This document shows positions 31,461 through 46,160 of a stretch of DNA of 64,000 bases, piece by piece. The stretch spans positions 39,122,001 through 39,186,000 of the forward strand of contig OZ024745.1 of assembly GCA_964016885.1 (NCBI GenBank). Reading direction: 5' to 3'. Within the stretch, counting starts at the first letter, position 1, and each line of letters begins with the position of its first letter. The stretch is from Eledone cirrhosa. Taxonomy: Eukaryota. The position numbers were made by a program, and so were the translations under genes. The notes beneath the pieces are model-generated. The model had not been told where the DNA came from, did no database searches, and saw only the letters and a list, made by a program, of their open reading frames with translations.

Positions 31461-31714
31461 TTCTCTAGGTGTTTGTGATATAAAAACTGTGACTAGGTTG
31501 GCATCCAATGATGATGACCAGTTCTTTTTGGGATGCAAATGTTTTCGAAGAGAGCTGCTATTGGCCATGGAAAAAAGAGTCATCGCTTGATATATGACAG
31601 GTAAGGGGTGCATGGTATTGTTGGCCATAGGCAATTACCTAGCAGGTAAAAAAAGTCACGTATGGTATGCCTATTATTAAGTATCAAGTGAGGGCATATA
31701 TATATATATATAAA

Positions 31715-32025
31715 TAATATAATATCAAAAATGGGTAAAAGAGTTCTGCGTATTTTATTATGCGCATTTCTAAAACAAATATCATCTTGAGATGACATTT
31801 GCGTTTTCGTCATATAGAAAAGGGATACATGACATGAATGTTAAAAAACACTTGTGAATAGTGAAGTTTTAAATCAACATATTCACAAGTGTTTTTTAAC
31901 CTTCATATCATGTATCCCTATATTATCTGACGAAAACGCAAATGTCATCTCATGATGATATTTGTTTTTAAAATGCGCATAATAAAATACATGGAACTCT
32001 TTTAACCATGTTTTGATCTTATATT
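31715..32025. mobile_element. Inverted-repeat HHR element, family I
   Basis: HHRs at 31755-31816 (-) and 31923-31985 (+). Consensus: ttat CTGACGA..caaatgtcatc/gatgatatttg..GAAA tgcgca TA ataa. Each arm carries a different core mutation. Confidence 0.75.
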
Positions 32026-32110
32026 ATTTATACTCCAGTCCTACAAACTGTAGAGTGCTACTCATCCGATATCTGCATTGCTTTATTGTACTACAATAAA
32101 ACTCACCTCC

Positions 32111-33115
<1,005 letters not shown>

Positions 33116-33136
33116 AATAATAATAATAATAATAGT

Positions 33137-36100
33137 AATCATTGTCTGCTTCGGGAGGAACCACCCGAAGCAGACAATGATCTGAATGCTGAGATAAATA
33201 GTACCTGGAACAGGGATACGGCCACTGAGGAGATGAATGCTGACGGGCTAGGACACGATTTGGTTGATATCCTAAACTTAGTGGTAGATGAATTTAACAA
33301 TGATAGTGGGAGACCTATGAACCTAAGATGTGTAGACAGGAAAATGTAAAAAGAAACAACACAGCTAATGTAAACAAAGTCATCCCATACCTTTGGGCGA
33401 GGAGCCTTCACCAGTGCAACAATATCGTCAAAGCAACAGCAAATACGGTGAGGAAACTACTTGGTATAAAAGTGAGAGGAAACAACAGACAAGAAATAGC
33501 AGAGCCTTGGTGGAAGAAACGACTGAGTGGTCAAATCAGGGAAATAAGAAATGACATTGGAAAGCTTGAGTCCCTACTGAATGGGACACTAACAAACATA
33601 GACGCTAAAAATAGACTGGAAATAAAGTACAAAACTAGGAGGAAAAAAGCTAAATATTATCATAGAGGAACTGAAGCAACGCATTGTAGCAAAGAGTGCA
33701 AAAATCAGGCGATACGAGAACAGAGTCAGTCAGTATAGACAGAACCGCATGTTCGACAACAACCAGAAGATGTTGTTTGGACAGCTTGAAGGGAAAGAAA
33801 GAGGCAACGACTTGATCCCTGAGGCGGAACAAACTAAAACATTCTGGAGAGGAATATGGGAGCAGGATGTTAAACATAATGACCAGGCAGTGTGGATTGA
33901 TACAGTACAGAAGGAGATCAGTGAACAGGCACACCAACAAACTGATGTGAGTATCACAGTTGAAACTCTTAAGGGGTAGGCCAAAAAACTAACCAACTGG
34001 AAATCACCAGGCCCAGATGGTGTGCAGGGGTATTGGATTAAAAATATAACATCCCTCCACCCGAAACTGACAACCATGTTCAATGACTGCTCGATATCAG
34101 GTGAGGTACCAGAGTGGTTGACAAAAGGTACCACAGTTCTGATAATGAAAGACCGAATCAAGGGTAATGATGTTACCAACTATAGACCTATCACATGTCC
34201 GTCCGTAATGTGGAAACTGTTGACAAGCAGTATGTCTGAGGAAATCTACCATCACCTCGACACAAACAACTTGTTACCGGACGAACAGAAAGGATGCCGA
34301 AAGAAGTCACGTGGTACAAAGGACCAGTTACTTATTGATAAGATGGTAATGAGGAATTGCAAGAGGAGACACACTGGTCTTGCCATAGGATGGATAGACT
34401 ACAAAAAGGCATTTGATATGGTGCCTCATTCTTGGATCACCAAAAGCCTGGAGATCTTCAATGTGGCAGATAACATCAGACAGTTGTTGGGCTAATGTAT
34501 GAAGTCCTGGGAAACAGAGTTAACATCAACTGGAGAATCCTTGGGAAGCGTGAAGATCGAAGAGAGGTATCTTACAGGGAGATAGTCTGTCCCCTCTGTT
34601 GTTTGTCCTTGCCCTGATGCCCCTGACCAGTGTACTGCGAAAAGTGAGAGCAGGATACAGGTTGGGAAAGGGAGGGCTTACCATCAATCACCTCCTCTTC
34701 ATGGACGATCTTAAGCTCTACGGGAAGAGTGAGAGGGAGTTGGATGTGCTTGTTGACACTGTCAGCAATGATATATGTATGCAATTTGGTATTAGTAAGT
34801 GTGGAGTCATTGTGATGAGGAGGGGTAAGTAGCAGAAGTAACGGAATCCAGATACCAACAGGTGAGATGATAAAGGAAATTGACTCTGAGGAAGGATACA
34901 AGTATTTGGCGTTCTGGAAATTGATGACATCAAGAACAAAAAAATGAAGGAATTGATAAGAACTGAATACCTTCGGAGAGTAAGGAACGTATTAAAGTCA
35001 CATCTGAACAGTAGGAATGCCATAAGTGCAGTAAATTCCCGAGCTGTGTCTATTATTAGGTACAGTGCGGGAATTCTGAGATGGAATGTTGCTGAACAAA
35101 AAGAAATGGATAGGAAGACTAGGAAGCTATTGACTATCTACAACATGTTCCACAAGAGGAGTGATGTCGATAGACTCTACTTAAGGAGAACTGAGGGTGG
35201 AAGAGGTTTTATCAGCGTAGAGGACTGTGTTCAGATGGAGAAAAACAACCTACACAAATACGTGACTGATAGTAAGGAGCCAATGCTCAGAGCTGTACTG
35301 AAGGAGGGGACAATAGGCCAAGGGATGTCCAAGGAGGAAATAACATTAAGGAGAAAGAGCAGCCTTCAGGAAAATTCCCTTCATAGTACCTTCTTTGAGA
35401 GAACTGAATTTAGAGATCCACAGACATGGAACTGGTTGAAAAGAGGAGACCTTAAAAAGGCTACAGAAGGAATGTTAATGGCTGCGCAGGAGCAGGCCCT
35501 CAAAACGAATTGGTTGAAACACCATATTTACAAGGAGGGGGCTAGCCCACTGTGCAGGATCTGTGGAGAGAGAGAGGAGACTGTGGCTCACGTTGTATCC
35601 GAGTGTAAACACCTAGCCCAGACTCACTATAAGGGCTACAGACATGATGTGATGAGCAGGGTGATCCACTGGCACCTATGCCAAGTAAACAACTTACCAC
35701 ATTCTGAGAAGTGGTATGAGCATAAGCCAGAGGCTGTGATAGAAAACGATCAGGTGACGGTGCTGTGGAATTTTAGGATACAGACGGACAAGAAACTTGA
35801 ACACAATAGAGCTGACCTGGTGGTTTTGGACAAAGAAAAAAGATCGTGCCTGATTGTGGAAGTGGCCTGCCCATTCGACACGAGAGTGCAAGAGAAGGAG
35901 AAGAAGAAAATTAACCGATACCAGGACTTAAAGTGGGAGGTAAAAAGGATTTGTAACTGCCATGAAGTCAAAGTGATCCCGATTGTCATAGGCGCACTAG
36001 GGACTATCTCAAAACGTTTCCAGGGATGGTTAAAGAAAATTGGCCCCTTCACGCTTTTTGGAACGCTTCAAAAGGCATGCTTGCTGGGAACAGCAAGAAC

Positions 36101-36205
36101 CCTCCGATACGTCCTGAATATCTGAGGCTGCAGGTAGTGGCTTTATATTCATTTCAACAAACTTTACAGTTAACTAACATCAATGACTGAGACTCAAAGT
36201 GTAAT
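33137..36205 (+). mobile_element. 5'-truncated R4/Dong-type LINE of a second family; RT plus CCHC plus RLE, disrupted
   Basis: WKSPGPDG, NYRPITC, EQKGC, WIDYKKAFD, GDSLSPL, HLLFMDDLKL, CRICGE..HVVSEC, RHD, VIGALG. Stops at ~33978 and 34493 plus frameshifts; TAA-rich tail. Confidence 0.93.
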
Positions 36206-36237
36206 AACAATAATAGAAATAATAATAATAAATGTGA

Positions 36238-37067
36238 ATACTAAAATCCAAAGAGGGCTCGATAAGGATAAATATATATCAAATATATAAGAACCGTAGA
36301 GCAAATATTTATTAAAATAACAGATTAAAATATAAGCAAAAATCGCTGCTTTCACCCTTAGCGGGATCTTCTGAAACTCACAAAGTCAATCTGTGAAGGC
36401 AGAAGTGAATATTTCAAAAAACATTGCAACCGCAGGAAGACAGGAAGACGATACTTTGGTACGTGGAAACGTTCCCTGGTAAAGAACGGGCAAAAACGAA
36501 TATAATACCTCATTATTTGGAGCAGTGAAAAACAATTACACGCAAAGACAAAACCACGTTTATGGTAAAATGAAGTCGTAGACTAATATTCTCTTAGGTC
36601 GTTCATAGAGACATTCTCTGGCAATGAACGGAAAAAACGAAGATAATACGGTTTCCTAGTTAGAATTTTAATCTACGACTTCAGTTATACCATTTACGTG
36701 GTTTTTTCTTTGCGTCCACATATGACGTATTATCTTCGTTTTTTCGGTTCATTGCCAGAGAACGTCTCTATGAACCACCTAAGAGAATATTAGTCTACTA
36801 CTTCTTGTATACCATAAACGTGGTTTTGTCTTTGAGTGTAATTGTTTTCACCGCCCCAAATAATGACGTATTATATTCGGTTTTTTTTTTCCGTTCTTTG
36901 CCAGGGAACGTTCCCACAAACTAAAGTATCGTCTCCTGTCTTCCTCCGGTTGCAACGTTTTTTGAAATATTCACGTCTGCGTTCACAGCTTGACTTTGTG
37001 AGTTTCAGAAGATCCCGTTAAGTGTGAAAGCAACGATTGTTTGCTTAAACTTTAATCTGTTATTTTA

Positions 37068-37075
<8 letters not shown>
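36238..37075. mobile_element. Family J element: minus arm 36238-36650 and plus arm 36650-37075
   Basis: The arms are reverse complements. HHR-like motifs at 36330-36378 (-) and 37001-37051 (+). Confidence 0.8.
37001..37051 (+). ncRNA. Variant type I hammerhead (core CAGAAGA, U4A), family J
   Basis: agttt CAGAAGA t ccc gttaa g(g/t)g t GAAA gca..tgc TT aaact. Confidence 0.65.
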
Positions 37076-37123
<48 letters not shown>

Positions 37124-37128
<5 letters not shown>

Positions 37129-37362
37129 ATATTAACAAATGGAAACTATATTTATAAACCCATATTTATTTCGTTATACATATTTCAAGGGCCACCAAGG
37201 CACACTATGGTGCGCTTTCATCAAATAAAATATAATATAGGTTAATTTTATAAATAAATATTGGATATACCCTGAAAAAATAAAATGCAACAATTTTGGC
37301 CCTTGAAATATGTATAATGAAATACATATGGTTTGATAAATATAGTTTACATTTGTTAATAT

Positions 37363-37370
<8 letters not shown>
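37124..37370. mobile_element. Inverted-repeat HHR element, family K; HHR at 37167-37232 (-)
   Basis: Reverse complement: tattttat TTGATGA aag..cacc..ggtg..ctt GAAA tatgta TA a(c/t)gaaata. 37297-37370 inverts 37124-37194. (TA)n on both flanks. Confidence 0.6.
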
Positions 37371-37406
<36 letters not shown>

Positions 37407-37409
37407 TAT

Positions 37410-38124
37410 GTAACAATTGTAACTGAGCTTTTCGAATATTAATAATAACATTAGATTCGTTTGCAATTATGCTAACAAGCCACCATTGTATAGCCATGTC
37501 AGTAGAATTAACTATTCATTCTTGCTCTTGCGTTGGCATGTGAACATAACTGCAGACACTAATGTTTCTGGATATCACCCTTCATTACTACAATTCACTG
37601 TTCACCTGCAAATCTGTCAGAACTACTAAAAATATATGCTATTTTACAATTGAACGGAGTGTCTGATCAGCCTGATTTGCATATTAGCAGACTGGCCGAT
37701 CAGTCAGATCTGCATATTAGCAGGACCACTGATCAGCCAGATTTGCATATAAGCAGACTCGCCAGTCAGTTTCCTGAATACTACCGATAAATGACCGGCT
37801 TTACCAAATTTAAATAAAAAAGGAAATTTTCGCTCTACATAGCTGAATACAATAAATGTAATCTGAGTTTTTCGAATATTAATCATAATATTCGTTTCGT
37901 TTGTAATTATGTAAACAAGCCTCAATTTTATAGCCATGTCAGAACTGCATATACTGTTCACATGCCAACACAATAGCAAGAATGAAGGGTTCTTTCTACT
38001 GACATGGCTATAAAATTAGGGCCTGTTTGCATAATTGCAAACGAATCGAATATTATTATTAATATTCGAAAAACTCAGATTACATATATTGTATTCAGCC
38101 ATGTAGAGCGAAAATGTTCTTTTT

Positions 38125-38125
<1 letters not shown>
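37410..38125. repeat. Partial tandem plus inverted repeat family with internal ~33-bp subrepeats
   Basis: 37410-37505 resembles 37858-37945, 37955-38125 is the reverse complement, and subrepeats lie at 37662-37770. Confidence 0.7.
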
Positions 38126-38161
<36 letters not shown>

Positions 38162-38368
38162 TTTTTCTCAACCTGATTAGTTCTATCGTTGATTTGATAT
38201 ATATTGTGCGTTAGTTTAGCCTAACACAATGTTCGATTTTTCAAGCTATTTAAACGTATGTTATTACTCTAAGGACCTACCTTATCGAGTGCTTTGCTAA
38301 CTCATCACTTCATATAAGTAGGCCGAATTCACTTGCAAACCGCCAGAGATTCGATTTTACTGATTTCC

Positions 38369-38449
<81 letters not shown>

Positions 38450-38472
38450 CATATATATATATTTATATATAC

Positions 38473-38512
<40 letters not shown>

Positions 38513-38592
38513 TAAAATCAGAGATTAAATGTTGAGCAAAGAATCGCTGCTTTCACCCTTGTATTTTAGTCTTCACATTTATTATTATTACG

Positions 38593-38637
<45 letters not shown>

Positions 38638-39042
38638 TATTTGTGTGTATGTATGTGTGGGTGTGCAAAGTAATAGACAATTACCCCATTTCAGTTCATA
38701 TGTTGGGCCCTGAAATTAGAATGTAAATGTGAAATGTTATATATTGATGTTTATAATGATGGCACCGTACAATAGACTGTTCAATATAGATTTCTACCGC
38801 ACACTAGCCTTAATTTGTTGTACGATTATACAGAATTTCATTAACGCACGGACCCGTCTGTGAATCTTATTTCATCAAAGATAAGTGAAATGTTATCTGC
38901 TGCGGTAATTTGGAGCAATTCATTGATTATTAGTAAAACTCGCTGCCACAATGATATGCACCTGTCTATTGATAAACGATTTTTAGGTTCAAATGTCTCC
39001 CCATCTTTCCTGTGCATGCGTATTGATAAAACATTATAAACA

Positions 39043-39081
39043 CTAGCAGAAAAACCACCCTTTCGGGTGGTTTTCTGCTAG
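39043..39081. repeat. Near-perfect 17-bp hairpin bounded by CTAG
   Basis: ctagcagaaaa(a)ccaccc tttc gggtggttttctgctag. Confidence 0.85.
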
Positions 39082-39950
39082 CATGTGTAGTGTGTACATT
39101 GAAATTATACGCAAGTATATTTACATGTAGATATGACACGTCAAATAACATCGTAATTGACAATATACACAGATATTGAACGAAGACTGGGTTACACTGT
39201 CTTATTTAATCAGTAACGTAATGCATAATACATTAAAAATAAGACGATATTATATATACACTGCATTAGGAGAAAATTAGTGACAGAAAATGAATATGTT
39301 TATTTAAGCGATAGCCACCGGAAGTGTTGACATTTGAAAATGTTAAAGAAATGAATCTTTAAATAAATAATAAAATATATTTAATGGACAGCTACGAAAT
39401 TAGTAGATCAATTATGTAATATTCATTCATTATTTATTCAAAGTAATCGAACTTATTTTACAAACGGGATAAAAAAGAAATAAACCGTACGCAATCCCGC
39501 AGCCCTTCTTTATAATAGTTTAGATACCTAACTTTGCGTCTATATCTCCAGTATCGTAAATATTTAAATTTCCAGTTCAAACGAATATATTTCTGCTTTG
39601 TCTAATTTTTCGCAATCAATTCAATACTACAAATACACACTTAAAAAAAGTTCAAATATCCTTTCAATTACAGATCTCCTTCGATTTAAGTCGAATTTTA
39701 TGGACTTAGTTGTTCTACCACTGTATACATATATGTTGTTTTAGTGCGTCCTTCCGTATTAGGTGTGAACGGGATGAACAAAAATGATTGGTTGTCTTCA
39801 TGTCACATTCCGCTGCTCTGACATATTATAAATACAACTGTAGCCATTCGCAGTAGAGAATATTCTAATTGCCGTTCGACAAAAAGTAACCCCCACCTCA
39901 AACCTTATCCTTCATTATTTTGTAAAAATATATCTCCTAATAATCCAACA

Positions 39951-40070
<120 letters not shown>

Positions 40071-40084
40071 ATAATAATAAATTA

Positions 40085-40294
40085 GAAGACTAAAATCCAA
40101 AGAGGGCTCGATAAGGATAAATATATATCAAATATATAAGAACCGTAGAGCAAATAATTATTAAAATCACAGATTAAAGTTTAAGCAAAGAATCGCTGCT
40201 TTCACACTTAACGGGATCTCTTGAAAGCCAGAAGATACCGTTATGTGTGAAAGCAGCGATTCGTTGCTTAAACTTGAATCTGTTATTTTAATAA

Positions 40295-40300
<6 letters not shown>
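40085..40300. mobile_element. Short family J inverted element
   Basis: Minus arm 40085-40220; plus arm 40226-40300 with CAGAAGA..GAAAgca..tgcTTaaact. Confidence 0.75.
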
Positions 40301-40358
<58 letters not shown>

Positions 40359-40672
40359 AAAGAAAAAAGATGAAATCGAAAATGCAACTGGAGACTTATT
40401 TTAAAAATAAATATATATTTATTTAGTTGAGATGGAGGGTCTGTGATCTTTCTCACATTAGATGTGAGACATATATATATATACACACACATATATTCAT
40501 CAAAGACAGTTTTGAACAAACGGATCACGATTAGTCACCGGCCCAGCTTCAAATCGGATCGCTTGTTTACAAAAGAATTGAAGATTATTATTACTGTTCG
40601 ATATAGCCCAAACATACATATGTATATGTATATTTTTGTTTATATGCATATATGCATGAATATGTATGTATG

Positions 40673-40709
<37 letters not shown>

Positions 40710-40819
40710 GTGTGTGTGTATGTACGTGTGTACGTGTGCATAGTTACATTTATTATGCATGATGTGTGCTAGGGCGAGAAATAAAATGTTAATTATATGC
40801 ATATATATATATATATACG

Positions 40820-40869
<50 letters not shown>

Positions 40870-40873
<4 letters not shown>

Positions 40874-43804
40874 GAAGTGGATGGATACTTCAACAGGTAC
40901 AATGTACTTGTAGAAATATTCAAGTTGTTTATAATACATGTGGTTCCAATCTTTCGGAATGATGAAACCGTCGGTAACAGCATCTGAACAGGTGATTGTT
41001 TAATCATTTTTTAATTTATTTAGAAAATTGTTTAATAACCGTTTGTTTCGCTACTTTTATATTGTTCTGGTATCTCGAATTAGTGCCATTGAACCACATG
41101 TATTATAAACAACTTGAATATTTCTACAAGTACATTGTACCTGTTGAAGTATCCATCCACTTCTATAATTTATTCTCCTTACGTAGAGAACAAAACGTTG
41201 AATAATGCCGCTAATTTTAGTGGCAATTCGACATGTTTATAATATCCAGCTTTTATCAGCGACCTGATTTGCGTGTGTGTCACTTTAACGGCTTGACCGC
41301 ATGCGTTGGGCAGGGAGCATAATATTTACTTGCTATACCTTATAGCGTGGAAATAGGGCTGTCTGAAGATTCATTTCTTTCCATTGGAAATTCGTTGGAT
41401 TTCCAATCTTTCGGAATGATGAAACCGTCGGTAACAGCATCTGAACAGGTGATTGTTTAATCATTTTTTAATTTATTTAGAAAATTGTTTAATAACCGTT
41501 TGTTTCGCTACTTTTATATTGTTCTGGTATCTCGAATTAGTGCCATTGAACCACATGTATTATAAACAACTTGAATATTTCTACAAGTACATTGTACCTG
41601 TTGAAGTATCCATCCACTTCTATAATTTATTCTCCTTACGTAGAGAACAAAACGTTGAATAATGCCGCTAATTTTAGTGGCAATTCGACATGTTTACAAT
41701 ATCCAGCTTTTATCAGCGACCTGATTTGCGTGTGTGTCACTTTAACGGCTTGACCGCATGCGTTGGGCAGGGAGCATCATATTTACTTGCTATACCTTAT
41801 AGCGTGGAAATAGGGCTGTCTGAAGATTCATTTCTTTCCATTGGAAATTCGTTGGATTTCCAATCTTTCGGAATGATGAAACCGTCGGTAACAGCATCTG
41901 AACAGGTGATTGTTTAATCATTTTTTAATTTATTTAGAAAATTGTTTAATAACCGTTTGTTTCGCTACTTTTATATTGTTCTGGTATCTCGAATTAGTGC
42001 CATTGAACCACATGTATTATAAACAACTTGAATATTTCTACAAGTACATTGTACCTGTTGAAGTATCCATCCACTTCTATAATTTATTCTCCTTACGTAG
42101 AGAACAAAACGTTGAATAATGCCGCTAATTTTAGTGGCAATTCGACATGTTTATAATATCCAGCTTTTATCAGCGACCTGATTTGCGTGTGTGTCACTTT
42201 AACGGCTTGACCGCATGCGTTGGGCAGGGAGCATAATATTTACTTGCTATACCTTATAGCGTGGAAATAGGGCTGTCTGAAGATTCATTTCTTTCCATTG
42301 GAAATTCGTTGGATTTCCAATCTTTCGGAATGATGAAACCGTCGGTAACAGCATCTGAACAGGTGATTGTTTAATCATTTTTTAATTTATTTAGAAAATT
42401 GTTTAATAACCGTTTGTTTCGCTACTTTTATATTGTTCTGGTATCTCGAATTAGTGCCATTGAACCACATGTATTATAAACAACTTGAATATTTCTACAA
42501 GTACATTGTACCTGTTGAAGTATCCATCCACTTCTATAATTTATTCTCCTTACGTAGAGAACAAAACGTTGAATAATGCCGCTAATTTTAGTGGCAATTC
42601 GACATGTTTATAATATCCAGCTTTTATCAGCGACCTGATTTGCGTGTGTGTCACTTTAACGGCTTGACCGCATGCGTTGGGCAGGGAGCATAATATTTAC
42701 TTGCTATACCTTATAGCGTGGAAATAGGGCTGTCTGAAGATTCATTTCTTTCCATTGGAAATTCGTTGGATTTCCAATCTTTCGGAATGATGAAACCGTC
42801 GGTAACAGCATCTGAACAGGTGATTGTTTAATCATTTTTTAATTTATTTAGAAAATTGTTTAATAACCGTTTGTTTCGCTACTTTTATATTGTTCTGGTA
42901 TCTCGAATTAGTGCCATTGAACCACATGTATTATAAACAACTTGAATATTTCTACAAGTACATTGTACCTGTTGAAGTATCCATCCACTTCTATAATTTA
43001 TTCTCCTTACGTAGAGAACAAAACGTTGAATAATGCCGCTAATTTTAGTGGCAATTCGACATGTTTATAATATCCAGCTTTTATCAGCGACCTGATTTGC
43101 GTGTGTGTCACTTTAACGGCTTGACCGCATGCGTTGGGCAGGGAGCATAATATTTACTTGCTATACCTTATAGCGTGGAAATAGGGCTGTCTGAAGATTC
43201 ATTTCTTTCCATTGGAAATTCGTTGGATTTCCAATCTTTCGGAATGATGAAACCGTCGGTAACAGCATCTGAACAGGTGATTGTTTAATCATTTTTTAAT
43301 TTATTTAGAAAATTGTTTAATAACCGTTTGTTTCGCTACTTTTATATTGTTCTGGTATCTCGAATTAGTGCCATTGAACCACATGTATTATAAACAACTT
43401 GAATATTTCTACAAGTACATTGTACCTGTTGAAGTATCCATCCACTTCTATAATTTATTCTCCTTACGTAGAGAACAAAACGTTGAATAATGCCGCTAAT
43501 TTTAGTGGCAATTCGACATGTTTATAATATCCAGCTTTTATCAGCGACCTGATTTGCGTGTGTGTCACTTTAACGGCTTGACCGCATGCGTTGGGCAGGG
43601 AGCATAATATTTACTTGCTATACCTTATAGCGTGGAAATAGGGCTGTCTGAAGATTCATTTCTTTCCATTGGAAATTCGTTGGATTTCCAATCTTTCGGA
43701 ATGATGAAACCGTCGGTAACAGCATCTGAACAGGTGATTGTTTAATCATTTTTTAATTTATTTAGAAAATTGTTTAATAACCGTTTGTTTCGCTACTTTT
43801 ATAT
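40870..43804 (+). repeat. 457-bp tandem array (~6.25 units, 40945-43804) preceded by a 77-bp inverted piece (40870-40946); candidate retrozyme B
   Basis: Period 457; units near-identical; (TA)n on both flanks; one HHR per unit. Confidence 0.93.
41358..41438 (+). ncRNA. Type I hammerhead, family B (further copies at 41815-41895, 42272-42352, 42729-42809, 43186-43266, 43643-43723)
   Basis: gctgt CTGAAGA t tcatt..ttggaaattc gttg gatttccaa..aatga t GAAA ccgtcgg TA acagc. Stem I is GCTGT/ACAGC; GUA cleavage is predicted after 41433. Confidence 0.88.
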
Positions 43805-43807
43805 ATT

Positions 43808-43838
<31 letters not shown>

Positions 43839-43889
43839 GTATATATATATATTTATATATATATATATATATATTTATTTATTTATTTA

Positions 43890-44092
43890 TTAACGATTAG
43901 GCAAATAATCGCTGCTTTCACCCTTAACGGGATCTTCTGAAACTAAAAAAGTCAATCTGTGAACGCAGAAGTAAATATTTCAAAAAACGTTGCAACCGAA
44001 GGAAGACAGGAAAACGATACTTTGGTTCGTGGAAACGTTCCCTGGCAAAGAACGAAGATAATACGTCTTTATTTGGTGCATTGAAAACAATT
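43890..44092 (-). mobile_element. Family J fragment with the CAGAAGA HHR core
   Basis: aatcgctgctttcacccttaacgggatcttctgaaact. Confidence 0.75.
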
Positions 44093-45107
44093 AATATATG
44101 TATATATATATATGTAACCCAAATAAATTCTTATGAACATAAATGGGCATACATGAAAAGACGAGAAAGCCTTCATTTGATAATCGAATCTAATATAAAT
44201 AGCAGCTTGATCGTTTTCAAATTGCACGGCATTGCCACTTAGTGTAAATATAATGGAGAGAATTACAAGAGTCGTTAGTTCCTCCTTTCTACGTCGATAA
44301 ATTATATACCATTCTGATAACAGGATTTCTCACTTTCTCATGTTAAATTCTAAAAATAATAATAGTGATAATAGTAATAATATGAAGGACGTGAATGTGC
44401 ATGCTAATATGAAATGTTAAAATAGTGGTCAAATTTCCACGATGAAGAATCGAGTCTAAATTCTATTTGATAATTTGATATGTCATGAATGACACGAAAC
44501 ATCTCTCAATACATATGAATGTGTTATGCGTTTCTTTGACACATAATCCCGTTATCACTGCCTAAATTTACTAATATAAAAGCTGTGTACTGGCTTTCAA
44601 ATATATTAAGAGTTCATATATTCCACTTACATAGAAATCTGCACAATGTATTTAAATATTATTGAAACAAACCTCTGTTAAAAACAACACTTTACAAATT
44701 GCCAGATCGTGTAAACCTGAGTAATATATCGGCGATATATCTTTCATTTACGTAGGTTTAACATTAAATGTTTATATTTGGCTGGTGTGCATTAATGTTT
44801 CTTTCCGTACGTGCAATGACATGAATTTATAACACATGCATGTATTTCCCTGACTATAAACAAGTGAAAATCTTACAAATTGTATACCTCTTCACGTGTA
44901 ATCACTATTAAAATTGAAACAGAAACTCATTTAAAATGAATAAATGATCTCGTAAGTGACGCGGGGGCACTCAGTCCCACACCCCCTACACATATAACTA
45001 CACATATACACCCACACATTTCTGTACATAATTATTTAGCCTACACACACATACACACACACATACACACACATACACACACACACACACACACACATAT
45101 ATATCTA

Positions 45108-45211
<104 letters not shown>

Positions 45212-45708
45212 TCTGTGAATGTGTGTCTGTGTCTGTGTGTCATTTACGTCATTCTATATATATATATACACTCCCGTAATGTCTTTCCTATATTTCCGTA
45301 TTGCAAAAATCAATAATAAACAGTATTCAGATAAAATACACAGTCAAACATCTATATAAATCACAAGAAAATATACATAGGAATCGAGAGCAAATCTTTA
45401 GATATATTATCAATCATGTATATGTAGGCGTGTGTGTGCGTGTGTGCGTGCGCACCTGTGTATATCGTATTTTCTGCCATAAACGTGTCTTCCCGTATCG
45501 ACTAATCTAAATATATTCTTGAAAAGGCATTCCTCTCTTAACAGTGCTAATGTATTTCTGATCAGGTTCTTCATTCGATCATGTGTAATACCAGCTGCTC
45601 TTTCTTTCGTAGAAGTGAACATAACTGCATTTAGCCTCACTATGTTTACGTGATACATTTACGCACCTAAACCTTTGATATGCTTTGTAGACGCATTCAC
45701 ACACACTC

Positions 45709-45802
<94 letters not shown>

Positions 45803-45904
45803 GTGTGTATGTGTGTGTCTGTGTGTACCAACACACATAGATATACACACATCCAAATACACACACACACATATATATAGATGTGTGTATATATATATAT
45901 ATAT

Positions 45905-45965
<61 letters not shown>

Positions 45966-46066
45966 AACATATATATATATATGTTATATATATATATAAT
46001 TCACTGCATCCATCTCATTGTGTATACTTTCTAGGTTCAGCTCCCCTTCCATCTTTCCTTTTCTTG

Positions 46067-46160
<94 letters not shown>

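Noticed and set aside
39043-39081. Rho-independent terminator
   Set aside because: Eukaryotic context with no associated bacterial-type gene.
40996-43490. Six identical 69-aa ORFs
   Set aside because: They are a by-product of the 457-bp repeat, with a non-ATG start and no recognisable domain.
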